From Bacteroides fragilis (GTDB taxonomy: Bacteria > Bacteroidota > Bacteroidia > Bacteroidales > DTGW01): a stretch of DNA of 64,000 bases. The position numbers and the translations under genes are program-made. Location: the NCBI GenBank assembly GCA_945889005.1, contig CAMDBI010000003.1, positions 71,814-135,813 of the forward strand, read 5' to 3'. Shown here piece by piece: positions 39,051 to 48,348 of the stretch. The notes under the pieces were generated by a model. It was not told the origin of the DNA. It made no database searches and worked only from the letters and a program-made list of their open reading frames with translations. Numbering within the stretch: position 1 is the first letter of the stretch; every line of letters begins with the position of its first letter.

Positions 39051-39112
39051 ACAAAAGATTATTGTTTTTTATAAATTACTTTTTCTTTACGACAGCTCCC
39101 ATTGCGCAGTAT
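39051..39112. repeat. Direct repeat copy 2 (authentic 3' end of the ferredoxin-like gene plus downstream flank)
   Basis: See copy 1. The core encodes ...YCAMGAVVKKK-stop on the minus strand. Confidence 0.9.
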
Positions 39113-39261
39113 CTGACGCATTTACCACATTCGGTACATTTTGTTTCGTCTATAACGGGTAATCCATATCCATTTTGTGAGATTGCACCCACTGGACAAA
39201 TTCTAATTATCGGGCAACGATGATTTTGAGGACAAGTTAAAGGACTAATTGTTAAGGCCAT
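39076..39261 (-). CDS. Small 4Fe-4S ferredoxin-like protein
   Basis: 61 aa. CTECGKCVRYC plus a CPQNHRCPIIRICP Cys pattern. Confidence 0.7.
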   Translation of the reverse strand: MALTISPLTCPQNHRCPIIRICPVGAISQNGYGLPVIDETKCTECGKCVRYCAMGAVVKKK

Positions 39262-39278
39262 ATTAAATTGAATATTGA

Positions 39279-39578
39279 TTATTGAATATTTATTAACGCG
39301 TTCATTAATTGAGGTTTGGTATGAATTCCAGGTTGTTTGTATTTGAGCTCACCATTTTTAAATATAGCCAATGTTGGAACGCCTTGAATTTGAAAACGCT
39401 TCGCGATTTCGGGGTTTTGGTCAACATCAATTTTTATAACCCTCACTCTTTCGCCCAAATCGGTAGCTACTTCTTTTAAAATGGGCGATTGTGCTTTACA
39501 TGGCCCACACCATAGCGCATGAAAATCGACAATCACGGGTTTATTGTCGTTTATTATTGAATCGAAATTTGCTTTCAT
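39279..39578 (-). CDS. trxA: Thioredoxin
   Basis: 99 aa with the canonical WCGPC active site. Confidence 0.9.
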   Translation of the reverse strand: MKANFDSIINDNKPVIVDFHALWCGPCKAQSPILKEVATDLGERVRVIKIDVDQNPEIAKRFQIQGVPTLAIFKNGELKYKQPGIHTKPQLMNALINIQ

Positions 39579-39589
39579 CTTTTTTAAAA

Positions 39590-39871
39590 TTAATATTTTA
39601 TAATTTTTTCTACAAATCGACCTTTGTTTGTAAAATAACCTTCATGAACATCGTTTAACTTAGTGTTTGCGATATCGATAGGTTTACCGATGTTGCGGTT
39701 GTTCATACGATAAAAGATATCGACCAAGTGGTTGCCATAAACCACATAACCCGATGCAATGTTTGGGGGTTGGTCGGCATATTGCTTACCATCATCGACC
39801 CATATTGCAGGGCAAATTGTCCACTCATTTTCAGATATTTCCATTGAAAAGGGATTTTGGCTTTTTGACAA
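39590..39871 (-). CDS. Hypothetical protein
   Basis: ORF co-directional with and adjacent to trx. TTG 39871 or ATG 39844 are possible starts. No family recognised. Confidence 0.4.
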   Translation of the reverse strand: MSKSQNPFSMEISENEWTICPAIWVDDGKQYADQPPNIASGYVVYGNHLVDIFYRMNNRNIGKPIDIANTKLNDVHEGYFTNKGRFVEKIIKY

Positions 39872-39991
39872 AATCTATATAAATTCCATATTATTGTTAT
39901 ACAACATATACTAAATTACTATATTTCTTTCAATTCCAATAAGTATTTCTGAATTTGGAAAAGTCGTGGACAAATTCACTATGACTCAAAT

Positions 39992-40489
39992 TTATACCTT
40001 ATAAGTTAAACTTCCATTAGGGCAAACAGCCACACATTTTAAACATTTTGAGCAGGTGTAACTATCTCCGGGTTTAATCATTGCGGGTTTGAATAAACTG
40101 TATTTTTCGGGTTCCATACTTACAATATAGCATTGCTTGTCGCATATTCCACAGTTTTTGCAAGTATCGGCATTAAGTTTTATTTTAAAAAACGAAAACT
40201 TATTTAACCAACCCGAAATCCAAGCAATAGGGCAGCCAAGCTTATGATATTGGTACATTGCACTTGCTTTACCATCGGGCATCATACTCATCATAAGCTC
40301 CATCATTAAACCTAATGGACATACCCAACGGCAAAATACTTTACCAAAAACTATACCTGTTGCAACTCCAACTAAAAGCACCCACCATAACGAGATATGA
40401 AAATAAGATATTGCAATATAGGTTGATACTCCAAATAATGCCAGAATAATAACTCTTTTATTTACTAAAAATTTAAAGACTTTTCGCAT
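39992..40489 (-). CDS. Membrane-bound 4Fe-4S binding protein (NapH/MauN-like)
   Basis: Two TM helices, then CRWVCPLG, CKNCGICDKQC and CSKCLKCVAVCP. Confidence 0.7.
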   Translation of the reverse strand: MRKVFKFLVNKRVIILALFGVSTYIAISYFHISLWWVLLVGVATGIVFGKVFCRWVCPLGLMMELMMSMMPDGKASAMYQYHKLGCPIAWISGWLNKFSFFKIKLNADTCKNCGICDKQCYIVSMEPEKYSLFKPAMIKPGDSYTCSKCLKCVAVCPNGSLTYKV

Positions 40490-40499
40490 TATGTAATTA

Positions 40500-41006
40500 T
40501 TAAAATAAACTGAATTTAAAGTTCATAAAACGAAGCATATCCTCAACTTCAAGAGATACTTTTTCGATAATATTTTCAGTTTCGCCACCAAACAATTTGC
40601 CCATAACCATACCGTTCGATGTGGCAACATACACTTGACCGTCCGACTTTTCATATACTGCAAAAGCTTTTGGCATCATTGCTCCAATGCGTTTTCTGTC
40701 GTCCGATTGTAGCATTTGTGACGATGAAACTCCACTGCAATATTGAATAATATTGTATTTTCCGATGGCTTTTCCACCATATTTTTGCACTTCGCTATTT
40801 TGGTCAATTACCGTTACTACATGCCATCCGGGTGTATTGTTTACGCGTGTTGAGATGGTTTCGACAGTTTTTTCGAAATCATAAGGACTTTTCATTTCTT
40901 TCAACATCATTTTTCCTGCAGAAAGATTAAGGGCAATGGCTGTAAAAACTATTCCTGCCATAAGACCAAATATGCCAAATACAATGGCTATTAATTTTGT
41001 TTTCAT
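40500..41006 (-). CDS. DUF302 domain protein with an N-terminal membrane anchor
   Basis: Size and pattern (..IIQYCSG.., AMMPKAFAVYEKSDGQVYV) resemble DUF302. Confidence 0.5.
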   Translation of the reverse strand: MKTKLIAIVFGIFGLMAGIVFTAIALNLSAGKMMLKEMKSPYDFEKTVETISTRVNNTPGWHVVTVIDQNSEVQKYGGKAIGKYNIIQYCSGVSSSQMLQSDDRKRIGAMMPKAFAVYEKSDGQVYVATSNGMVMGKLFGGETENIIEKVSLEVEDMLRFMNFKFSLF

Positions 41007-41037
41007 TATTTTACGTTTTTATTATTATTTCTTTAAA

Positions 41038-41988
41038 TTATTCTTCTTTCACACAAATTTCGCCTTTGCGAATATGTTTAATGGTTTGCCATGCCACAAT
41101 TGTAATGGCAATGATGGTAGTAAACAAAAGCACCCACGAAATATATTGAAAAAACGAGAAATGAGTTATCTGAAACCCCAATGTTGATGCAATAGTAACT
41201 GCAGCCAAAGGAAATGTAAATGCCCACCACGACATAAAAAACTTAAGCTGAGTAAAGCTTTTATACATTGTTACCAATAAAGCAACAAAGAAATAAGCCA
41301 TAAAAAGCATAAAAACCGCGAAATTGTCCCAGCTCTGTGTTAATCGCATATACGAAATAAAGCCAACTGCTGGAGGAGCTAAGAGTATAAAAAATGTGGG
41401 TATAAACTTCTCGGGCAATTGTGCGTGGAAAATGGCTCTATATAAGAAAATGGTGAACAATACAATCCAAAAGAAAAAACCGGCTGAAAAGTAAAAAAAC
41501 GAGAATATTTCGGGAGCATAGTCTACCCCACTTACCGGTATTAAAATATTGCCAACCACAGGAATAAACCAAGCTGGATTGAAATGCTGAATTTCGAAAT
41601 TGTGTTGTATCCAAAAACTTATGGTTTTAAACATAAAAACGGTATGAAGCACTACTCCAAGCCACCACAAAACGATAGACAAAAAAGGATAATAAGTCAT
41701 AAAAGTTATGGACAATAATAAGAGAGAAATACTTATGGCTGAGAAAAAATTTATCCGTATGCGGTGTTTGAAGTCGGCACGAACTTCTTCGGGAAACCAT
41801 GCCAGTTTCAAACCATAAAGTACTACTAATGCTAAAAACAACGACAATACAGTGTAAACTGATACATCGTAAAATATTTTGGGCAACCATTGCAGGTGAT
41901 AAAATTTGCCAAAAGCAATGGACAAGCCTGTAAGTCCCATCACAACTGCAAAAGAGGTGACTGGGAAAAATTGAATTTTTTGTTTCAT
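41038..41988 (-). CDS. TehA/SLAC1-family anion channel/transporter
   Basis: 316 aa with about 10 TM helices and typical TehA/Mae1 family length and hydrophobic pattern. Confidence 0.6.
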   Translation of the reverse strand: MKQKIQFFPVTSFAVVMGLTGLSIAFGKFYHLQWLPKIFYDVSVYTVLSLFLALVVLYGLKLAWFPEEVRADFKHRIRINFFSAISISLLLLSITFMTYYPFLSIVLWWLGVVLHTVFMFKTISFWIQHNFEIQHFNPAWFIPVVGNILIPVSGVDYAPEIFSFFYFSAGFFFWIVLFTIFLYRAIFHAQLPEKFIPTFFILLAPPAVGFISYMRLTQSWDNFAVFMLFMAYFFVALLVTMYKSFTQLKFFMSWWAFTFPLAAVTIASTLGFQITHFSFFQYISWVLLFTTIIAITIVAWQTIKHIRKGEICVKEE

Positions 41989-42063
41989 GTGTTTATTGGA
42001 TTTCTAAAAGTTCTTTTAAACGTTGTTGGTTAAAACCAACCACTATTTGCACTCTGTTTTTTG

Positions 42064-42480
42064 TTAAAACTTTGAGATTTTGTTTAGTAAAAAATCTTTC
42101 GATTTAATTCCCACAAATCTTTCTACTTCTTTGCCTTTATCGAACAGTATCAGGGTAGGTATACTCCTCACTTTATACTTTTGGGCAAGCGATTGGTATT
42201 GCTCAATGTTTACCTTTCCTACCCTTTTTTTTCCATCGAGTTCCGAAGCAAGCTCGTTCAAAACGGGCGCCATCATGCGACAGGGTGCACACCACTCAGC
42301 CCAAAAATCGACCAATACTAGCTTATCGTTGGTTTGGTGTTGAAAATTTTTGTCGGTCAGAGTTAATATTTTATCGTTATCGGCAACAATTGGCATGTTT
42401 TTCATTCGTCGTTGCGACCAAAACATCAGAAGTCCTATGGCCATTATTATTAGGCCTATTATCGTCATAGTTGTTTGCAT
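42064..42480 (-). CDS. Membrane-anchored thioredoxin
   Basis: N-terminal TM helix plus a thioredoxin domain with WCAPC. Confidence 0.85.
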   Translation of the reverse strand: MQTTMTIIGLIIMAIGLLMFWSQRRMKNMPIVADNDKILTLTDKNFQHQTNDKLVLVDFWAEWCAPCRMMAPVLNELASELDGKKRVGKVNIEQYQSLAQKYKVRSIPTLILFDKGKEVERFVGIKSKDFLLNKISKF

Positions 42481-42481
42481 A

Positions 42482-43453
42482 TCAGCCTGCTACTAGTTTT
42501 TGTTTTTTTGTTTTCAATTCATGTAAATAATTCGATGCTGCCAATGCAGCTACTGTACCATCGCCTACAGCAGTAGTTACCTGCCTGAAACGCTTGGCTA
42601 CACTATCGCCGGCTGCATACACTCCTTCAATATTAGTCGACATATCGGGTTTTACCAATATTTCGCCCCATTTATTGAGTTCCACTTTGTCTTTTACAAA
42701 TTCTGTATTCGGAATGTAACCAATGAATATAAAAGTACCTTCTGTTTTGAAATTATTCACTTCACCAGTTTTTAGGTTCTTAATATCGACACTTTCTAGG
42801 TTTTCGGAACCATTAAAAGCAGTAATGCTCGATTCCATTACGAAGTTAATTTTCGGGTGATTTCGAGCTTCTTCAATTGCATGTTCAAAAGCTTGAAAAT
42901 GGTCGAACTGATGCACAATGGTAACTTTAGAAGCATATTTGGTAAGCGATACCGCCTCTTCGAGAGCCGAGTTGCCACCTCCAACTACAACAATTTCTTT
43001 ATCGGTAAAAAAATCGCCATCGCAAGTAGCACAATACGAAATACCTTTGCCTTTGAACTTGTCTTCGCCAGAAACTCCGAGTGTACGAGACCTGCCGCCG
43101 GGGGTAAGTATTATATTGTTAGAAGTATATACATTTCCATCGGAAAGTGTAAGTCTTTTCTCTTCACCCGAAAGTTCAATGTTTTCAATATTGATGTTCG
43201 ATTTAATATCGCAACCGAAGGTTTTTGCCTGCTTTTTCATAATATTGGCAAGCTGATAGCCACTAATACTCTCTACACCTGGGTAGTTGGCTATTTCGTG
43301 GGTAAGTACCATTTGTCCACCCACAGTACCTTCGTTTACAATAAGAGTTCTTATCCTTGCACGCGACAGGTAGATACCTGCCGTAAGTCCGGCAGGCCCT
43401 GCACCTATTACAATGGCATCGTAATGATTGTTTGCTTCCATGGCTTTATGCAT
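42482..43453 (-). CDS. trxB: Thioredoxin-disulfide reductase
   Basis: GAGPAG FAD motif, redox-active CATCDG, and NADPH motif VVGGGNSALEEA. Confidence 0.93.
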   Translation of the reverse strand: MHKAMEANNHYDAIVIGAGPAGLTAGIYLSRARIRTLIVNEGTVGGQMVLTHEIANYPGVESISGYQLANIMKKQAKTFGCDIKSNINIENIELSGEEKRLTLSDGNVYTSNNIILTPGGRSRTLGVSGEDKFKGKGISYCATCDGDFFTDKEIVVVGGGNSALEEAVSLTKYASKVTIVHQFDHFQAFEHAIEEARNHPKINFVMESSITAFNGSENLESVDIKNLKTGEVNNFKTEGTFIFIGYIPNTEFVKDKVELNKWGEILVKPDMSTNIEGVYAAGDSVAKRFRQVTTAVGDGTVAALAASNYLHELKTKKQKLVAG

Positions 43454-43802
43454 TTACGGTTGCGGCAAATTCTTTGTCCAAAATGGAGGTTACTTGTGCT
43501 TTGGTTTGTATGCTCGAAGTTGCTTTTACTACTTTACCATTTTTGTAATAAATAGTAAATGGAATACCCATAAACCCCTTAACTTCTGGAAGGCTACGTA
43601 TTACATGCGATTCGGGATTGTCGAATTCCATATCGAAGAATTTTACATGCTTGTATTCTTCTTCAAGTTCTTCGGCAATTCCATAAACAGGAATACACAT
43701 AGGACCCATACGGCCACATATTACCATTACGTTTTCGTTTTCGCCGATTATTTTTGCATGGTCAGCGGCACTTTCGATGTGTTTTAAATTTGTGTACAAC
43801 AT
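43446..43802 (-). CDS. Thioredoxin-fold protein with an atypical active site
   Basis: 118 aa. CGRMGPMC replaces WCGPC. It overlaps the trxB start by 8 nt. Confidence 0.6.
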   Translation of the reverse strand: MLYTNLKHIESAADHAKIIGENENVMVICGRMGPMCIPVYGIAEELEEEYKHVKFFDMEFDNPESHVIRSLPEVKGFMGIPFTIYYKNGKVVKATSSIQTKAQVTSILDKEFAATVNA

Positions 43803-43830
43803 GGCTTTTTATATTTAATTGTTTATGATA

Positions 43831-43838
43831 CAAAGTTA
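43831..43838 (-). promoter_or_regulatory. Candidate -7 box (TAACTTTG on the minus strand) for the trx/trxB operon
   Basis: The plus strand reads CAAAGTTA, 29 nt upstream of ATG 43802. Confidence 0.35.
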
Positions 43839-43973
43839 GTTTGAAACATAATCCTGGCAAAGCTTTTACCATGTTGAGGCAATAGCTTTGGGACTATTGT
43901 ACAACAGGTTTTTTATTGTTTTAGATTAATTCTGTTTTTTCCTATACCTTTATAAAGTAGTTTATATATAGAA

Positions 43974-44669
43974 ATGAAAACAATACAAGAAACCGACAAA
44001 GAATTTATTTGCGACATTCAAGCTCCATGTTTTCAATTGCTTACACCCGAAGAGATAGAGCTGGTAAGGGCAAGTAAAACTCAGGTGATTTTTCGAAAAG
44101 GCGATAGTTTATCAAAACAAGGTGCTTTTGCATCGTATGTACTGTTTATAATAAACGGACTTGCAAAGCAATACGTCGAGGATAGTGGCATAAAGGATTT
44201 CAATTTGCAAATAATAAAACCGGGAGAGTTTGTGGGTCTGTCGGCTGTGTTTACCAAAACATCGTTTAACTATTCGACTGTAGCTATTACGAATTGTCAG
44301 GCATTTTTAATCGAAACAGAAGCTATTGCCAATGTGGTAAAACAAAATGGTCAGTTTGGTTTCAATATTATAAAGCGATACTGCGAACAAAATGGCAGTC
44401 TTTATCATTCGTTGCGAACCATTTTATATAAACAAATGAATGGTCGTATGGCAGAGGCTCTTCTGTATTTAGATGGATTGAAACACATAGAACCCGATAT
44501 ATTTCAGTTGCTTAGTCGAAAAGATATTGCCGATTTTGCCAATGTATCGGCCGAAAATGCAGTAAAACTTCTTAAAAGCTTTGAAAAAGATGGATTTATT
44601 GAACTGAAAGAAAAGGATGTTTTTATTTTAAAAAGAGATGAATTAATAGAAGTAAGTAAAAGAGGCTAG
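43974..44669 (+). CDS. Crp/Fnr family transcriptional regulator
   Basis: cNMP-binding-like beta-roll (RKGDSLSKQG) and a C-terminal HTH (SRKDIADFANVSAENAVKLLK). Confidence 0.85.
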   Translation: MKTIQETDKEFICDIQAPCFQLLTPEEIELVRASKTQVIFRKGDSLSKQGAFASYVLFIINGLAKQYVEDSGIKDFNLQIIKPGEFVGLSAVFTKTSFNYSTVAITNCQAFLIETEAIANVVKQNGQFGFNIIKRYCEQNGSLYHSLRTILYKQMNGRMAEALLYLDGLKHIEPDIFQLLSRKDIADFANVSAENAVKLLKSFEKDGFIELKEKDVFILKRDELIEVSKRG

Positions 44670-44753
44670 TTCATAATCACTTTTTTTACATGATTTTTTT
44701 TAGGATTTGTAAAAAAGCGTAAGAATTATTATATTTAAGTAAAAATTGGTAAT

Positions 44754-46607
44754 ATGAAAAAACGATTAGCATATCAAGTCGCAATCCCGGTATTGGCAGT
44801 TGCCATTATCACGATTTTAGGATTTGTTTTTGTTTCAACATTTGTTGTAAATCAGATTATCGACAAACAAATAAACGAACAAGTTGTAAAAGCGAGAGAA
44901 TCGTACAAAGGTAATTATGAAAGGTTTATAAACAAGGCCGTTCAAATATCTGCGATTATATCTTCTCAAAAAGGAGTAATAGAAGCATTTAAAACATATA
45001 ACTCAACTAACGATTTAGAAAAAAGCGTTAATATATTAAAAGAAGATTTTCAGAATGCCGATAAAGCAATGAAATATGTTGGTTATAAAAATCTGCGGAT
45101 TCATTTTCATACTAAAGATTATAAATCATTTTACCGAAGTTGGGTCGATAAAAGGGGCGATGACCTTTCGTTCAGAAATACATTGAAAAAATGCATTAAT
45201 GAGAAAACACCAATATTAGGTATAGAAGCAGGCAGAGGAGGTATTGCTATTCGTGGTATTATGCCGGTTTTGGATGAAAATAATGAGGTTTTAGGTTCTG
45301 TAGAAAATCATATTGATGTTGGCGAATTAATGAAAATATTATCTACAGATACTCTTTCTGAGAATTATGCTTTGTATATCATGCCCGAACTGGTCGAATT
45401 GATGGACAAAAATATTAGTAATCAAACCGGAAACAGAAGTCAGCTCATTGGAGCATTTATGTTACTATCGGCAAGTAGCAATTATTTTATAACAGACAAT
45501 ATTGACGAAACAATTTTAAAACAGGCTATAAATGAGGCAATAAATATTCGAGGGGAAAGTCATTATTATAATTTCAATCCGGCATTTGACTTCGATGGGA
45601 AACCTATTGGTGTTATAGCCTATCAATACAATTTGGATGAAATTAACCGAAAATCTAAAAGTTTGAAAATAACTTTTATCTTGATAGGTGTTTTTGCAGG
45701 TGTTATTTTAATAATGTTAATTTTTGTATCGATAAGTAGAAATCTCAATAAGCCTATAAATAAAATTAAAGAATATGTAAAAGGCATTTCGGAAGGAGAT
45801 TTGTCAAGCCAACTCGAATTTGAATCGGACAATGAATTGGGGGAAGTTAGAAATGATCTTGAAAAAATGAAAATTAATTTGAAAGAGATAGTAAGTACTA
45901 TTATAAATGAAAGCGAAAAGATCTCAAAAATAAGTAATGAAATGAGCAATTCTGCAATCGATATTTCACGAGGAGCGTCAGATCAGGCTTCTTCGATCGA
46001 AGAAATGTCGTCGTCGATGGAAGAAATTTCGTCAAATATTCAACAGAATTTTGATAATACAAGGCAAACAGAGCAAATAGCAATACAATCGGCACAAAGT
46101 GCCAAAGAAGGCAATCGTTCGGCCGAAGAGATGGCAGATTCGATGCATTCCATTGCCGAAAAGGTTAAAATTATAAACGATTTAGCTTTTCAGACTAATA
46201 TACTGGCGCTCAATGCAGCAGTTGAAGCTGCACGTGCGGGCGAGCAAGGCAAAGGTTTTGCTGTTGTTGCAAGCGAGGTTCGCAAACTTGCCGAACGAAG
46301 CAAATTAGCTTCCGATGAAATTGCAAATATTATTAATGTTGGGGTTCAATCGTCGAAAAACATAAGTGAAAAGCTTTTGCAAATTGTTCCTCAAATAGAA
46401 AAAACTGCCCAATTGATTCAAGAAGTGTCGGTTTCGAGCCATGAAGTGAGCGAAGGGTCTATGGAAATAAACAATGCCATGTCGCAACTTAACCAAATAA
46501 CGCAACAAACAGCATCGCAAGCCGATGCAATGTCTAATGTAGCATCTGAGTTGAAAAGGCAAGCAAATTATTTAAAAGAACAGGTAGAATATTTTAAAGT
46601 TGATTAA
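44754..46607 (+). CDS. Methyl-accepting chemotaxis protein with a periplasmic Cache-like sensor domain
   Basis: TM1, a ~280-aa extracytoplasmic domain, TM2, HAMP, and an MA domain ([41 protein letters not shown]). Confidence 0.9.
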   Translation: MKKRLAYQVAIPVLAVAIITILGFVFVSTFVVNQIIDKQINEQVVKARESYKGNYERFINKAVQISAIISSQKGVIEAFKTYNSTNDLEKSVNILKEDFQNADKAMKYVGYKNLRIHFHTKDYKSFYRSWVDKRGDDLSFRNTLKKCINEKTPILGIEAGRGGIAIRGIMPVLDENNEVLGSVENHIDVGELMKILSTDTLSENYALYIMPELVELMDKNISNQTGNRSQLIGAFMLLSASSNYFITDNIDETILKQAINEAINIRGESHYYNFNPAFDFDGKPIGVIAYQYNLDEINRKSKSLKITFILIGVFAGVILIMLIFVSISRNLNKPINKIKEYVKGISEGDLSSQLEFESDNELGEVRNDLEKMKINLKEIVSTIINESEKISKISNEMSNSAIDISRGASDQASSIEEMSSSMEEISSNIQQNFDNTRQTEQIAIQSAQSAKEGNRSAEEMADSMHSIAEKVKIINDLAFQTNILALNAAVEAARAGEQGKGFAVVASEVRKLAERSKLASDEIANIINVGVQSSKNISEKLLQIVPQIEKTAQLIQEVSVSSHEVSEGSMEINNAMSQLNQITQQTASQADAMSNVASELKRQANYLKEQVEYFKVD

Positions 46608-46630
46608 AAGATACACTGATAGTTTTTAAA

Positions 46631-46662
46631 GAAAAAAGCTGTTCGTTAGGACAGCTTTTTTC
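46631..46662. terminator. Bidirectional terminator between the MCP and peroxiredoxin genes
   Basis: Perfect 12-bp stem GAAAAAAGCTGT / ACAGCTTTTTTC with an 8-nt loop. A/T runs are built into both arms. Confidence 0.75.
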
Positions 46663-46684
46663 TTAAATTACTAGTTTTCAATAG

Positions 46685-47395
46685 CTATTTTTTCTTCAAT
46701 ATTTTATTTAAAACAGTTTCTTTATCAATCTTTTTGGTACAGAAGAACCAATCGTAACAAGTAGTATCTGCATTTTTTCCTTCCATACGTTCTTTCGCTA
46801 CTCCACATGAACCTGCAGGAGGCACTATTACTTCATCGCCTGGACGCCAATCTGCTGGAGTTGCAATGCTAAATTCGTCTGCGGTTTGTAAAGCTAATAC
46901 AACACGATACAACTCATCAAAATTACGACCTAAGCTAAGCGGATAATAAATGATAGTTCTGATAATTCCTTTAGGGTCAATAACAAATACCGCACGAACT
47001 GCTTTTGTATTGCTTTCACCAGGCATCATCATTCCATATTTCTGAGCCACTTCCATAGTTATATCTTCAATCAAAGGAAATGTTACTTCAACATTTTTCA
47101 TTCCTTTGTACTCAATTTTTTCTTTTATGGTACGCAACCATGCAATATGGCTATAGAGTCCGTCGACAGACAGACCAACAAGTTTGCAATTGGCTTCATT
47201 GAATTTTGGTTCTAATGTTGCAAAAGTCATAAACTCCGAAGTACAAACTGGCGTAAAGTCAGCAGGATGGCTGAACAAAATAACCCAACTGCCTTTGTAA
47301 TCCGATGGGAAATTAATTGGTCCCTGAGTTGTAACTGCTTTAAATTCTGGTGCATTTTCGCCTATGCGAGGCATTGAAATTACTTTTTCTTCCAT
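46685..47395 (-). CDS. Peroxiredoxin (Prx6/1-Cys-like subfamily)
   Basis: FSHPADFTPVCTSE peroxidatic Cys motif; 236 aa with a C-terminal extension. Confidence 0.9.
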   Translation of the reverse strand: MEEKVISMPRIGENAPEFKAVTTQGPINFPSDYKGSWVILFSHPADFTPVCTSEFMTFATLEPKFNEANCKLVGLSVDGLYSHIAWLRTIKEKIEYKGMKNVEVTFPLIEDITMEVAQKYGMMMPGESNTKAVRAVFVIDPKGIIRTIIYYPLSLGRNFDELYRVVLALQTADEFSIATPADWRPGDEVIVPPAGSCGVAKERMEGKNADTTCYDWFFCTKKIDKETVLNKILKKK

Positions 47396-47425
47396 GATAA
47401 TTTAATTTTTAATGATGTTTATATT

Positions 47426-47851
47426 TTAGCATTTATCAAACGTACCCCTTATTTGGAGCACTATTCCTTCAATTTTAAAACCTGTTAAATTCTTTTTCTT
47501 AAAATATTCTTGAAGTATTAAATCTAATTCTTCGTCTTTATAATCTTCTATCAAATCGCATTCTGAACAATATAAATGATGATGGTTTTCGGTAATGCCA
47601 TCATATCTCATTACATCATTGTCTGTTTTTACTTTTCTAATTATATTGTTTTCAACAAATGTTTCAAGCACCTTATATACAGTGCCAATAGCTATATTTG
47701 GATTTGAATCTCTTATATATTCAATGATATTATCAGCAGTAGGATGGTTGTTTAATTTATGTATAGCTTCAAGTATAACAGTTCGTTGAGGAGTAATCTT
47801 TAATCCTTTATCAAGTATTTTTTTTCTAATTTCTTCTTTAAACTCTTTCAT
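47426..47851 (-). CDS. Fur-family regulator, PerR-like
   Basis: Winged-helix N-terminus, HHHLYCSEC..., one CxxC and a C-terminal Cys. It is co-transcribed with the peroxiredoxin gene. Confidence 0.8.
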   Translation of the reverse strand: MKEFKEEIRKKILDKGLKITPQRTVILEAIHKLNNHPTADNIIEYIRDSNPNIAIGTVYKVLETFVENNIIRKVKTDNDVMRYDGITENHHHLYCSECDLIEDYKDEELDLILQEYFKKKNLTGFKIEGIVLQIRGTFDKC

Positions 47852-47866
47852 CGAATAATTACTAAA

Positions 47867-47881
47867 TAAGAATGATTCTCT
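47867..47881. promoter_or_regulatory. Fur/PerR-box-like palindrome upstream of the perR-like gene
   Basis: TAAGAAT-G-ATTCTCT with a perfect 5-1-5 core (AGAAT G ATTCT). It lies between a candidate -7 box (47890-47897) and ATG 47851. Confidence 0.35.
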
Positions 47882-47889
47882 TTATATAG

Positions 47890-47897
47890 CAAATTTA
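47890..47897 (-). promoter_or_regulatory. Candidate -7 box (TAAATTTG on the minus strand) for perR-prx
   Basis: The plus strand reads CAAATTTA, 39 nt upstream of ATG 47851. Confidence 0.35.
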
Positions 47898-47951
47898 ATT
47901 AAATATTTGTTTAGTTCAAATATGATATTGAATAAAAATGATTTTTAAAAA

Positions 47952-48101
47952 TTATTTAAGAATATAAACTTCCATACTGCCACATTTGGGGCATATTTCA
48001 ATTTTATCGGAGCCCATACAGGTTTCAACACTATCCCACAATACTTCTTTTGAGGTTCCTGTCCAATTGCAATTTCTGCATTTTAGATTAATATCTGTCA
48101 T
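47952..48101 (-). CDS. 49-aa zinc-ribbon-like protein (unannotated in the ORF track)
   Basis: MTDINLKCRNCNWTGTSKEVLWDSVETCMGSDKIEICPKCGSMEVYILK has CxxC...CxxC. Its ATG directly abuts the stop of the upstream 75-aa gene. Confidence 0.5.
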   Translation of the reverse strand: MTDINLKCRNCNWTGTSKEVLWDSVETCMGSDKIEICPKCGSMEVYILK

Positions 48102-48329
48102 TTAGTTCATAGAAGAAATAATATCCTCGACACTTTTAAAAGAATTTGGTAATAAATCGGGAGGGCATTTGCCAATTTTTTCCTTTACAAGATAGCGTTT
48201 GCATTGAGACCAGCCTTCGGTGCCGGCTTCACAATATACTTTTTTATAATTTTTTGCTGTAGTTTCTTTGCCTACAAGTACTCCGGAATAAATAGGGCAT
48301 TTTTCGAAGTTTTTACAAATGGTTTCCAT
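48102..48329 (-). CDS. 75-aa Cys-rich hypothetical protein
   Basis: Five Cys (C5, C11, C33, C43, C55). No family recognised. Confidence 0.5.
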   Translation of the reverse strand: METICKNFEKCPIYSGVLVGKETTAKNYKKVYCEAGTEGWSQCKRYLVKEKIGKCPPDLLPNSFKSVEDIISSMN

Positions 48330-48348
48330 AGTTTTAGATATTTAACTC

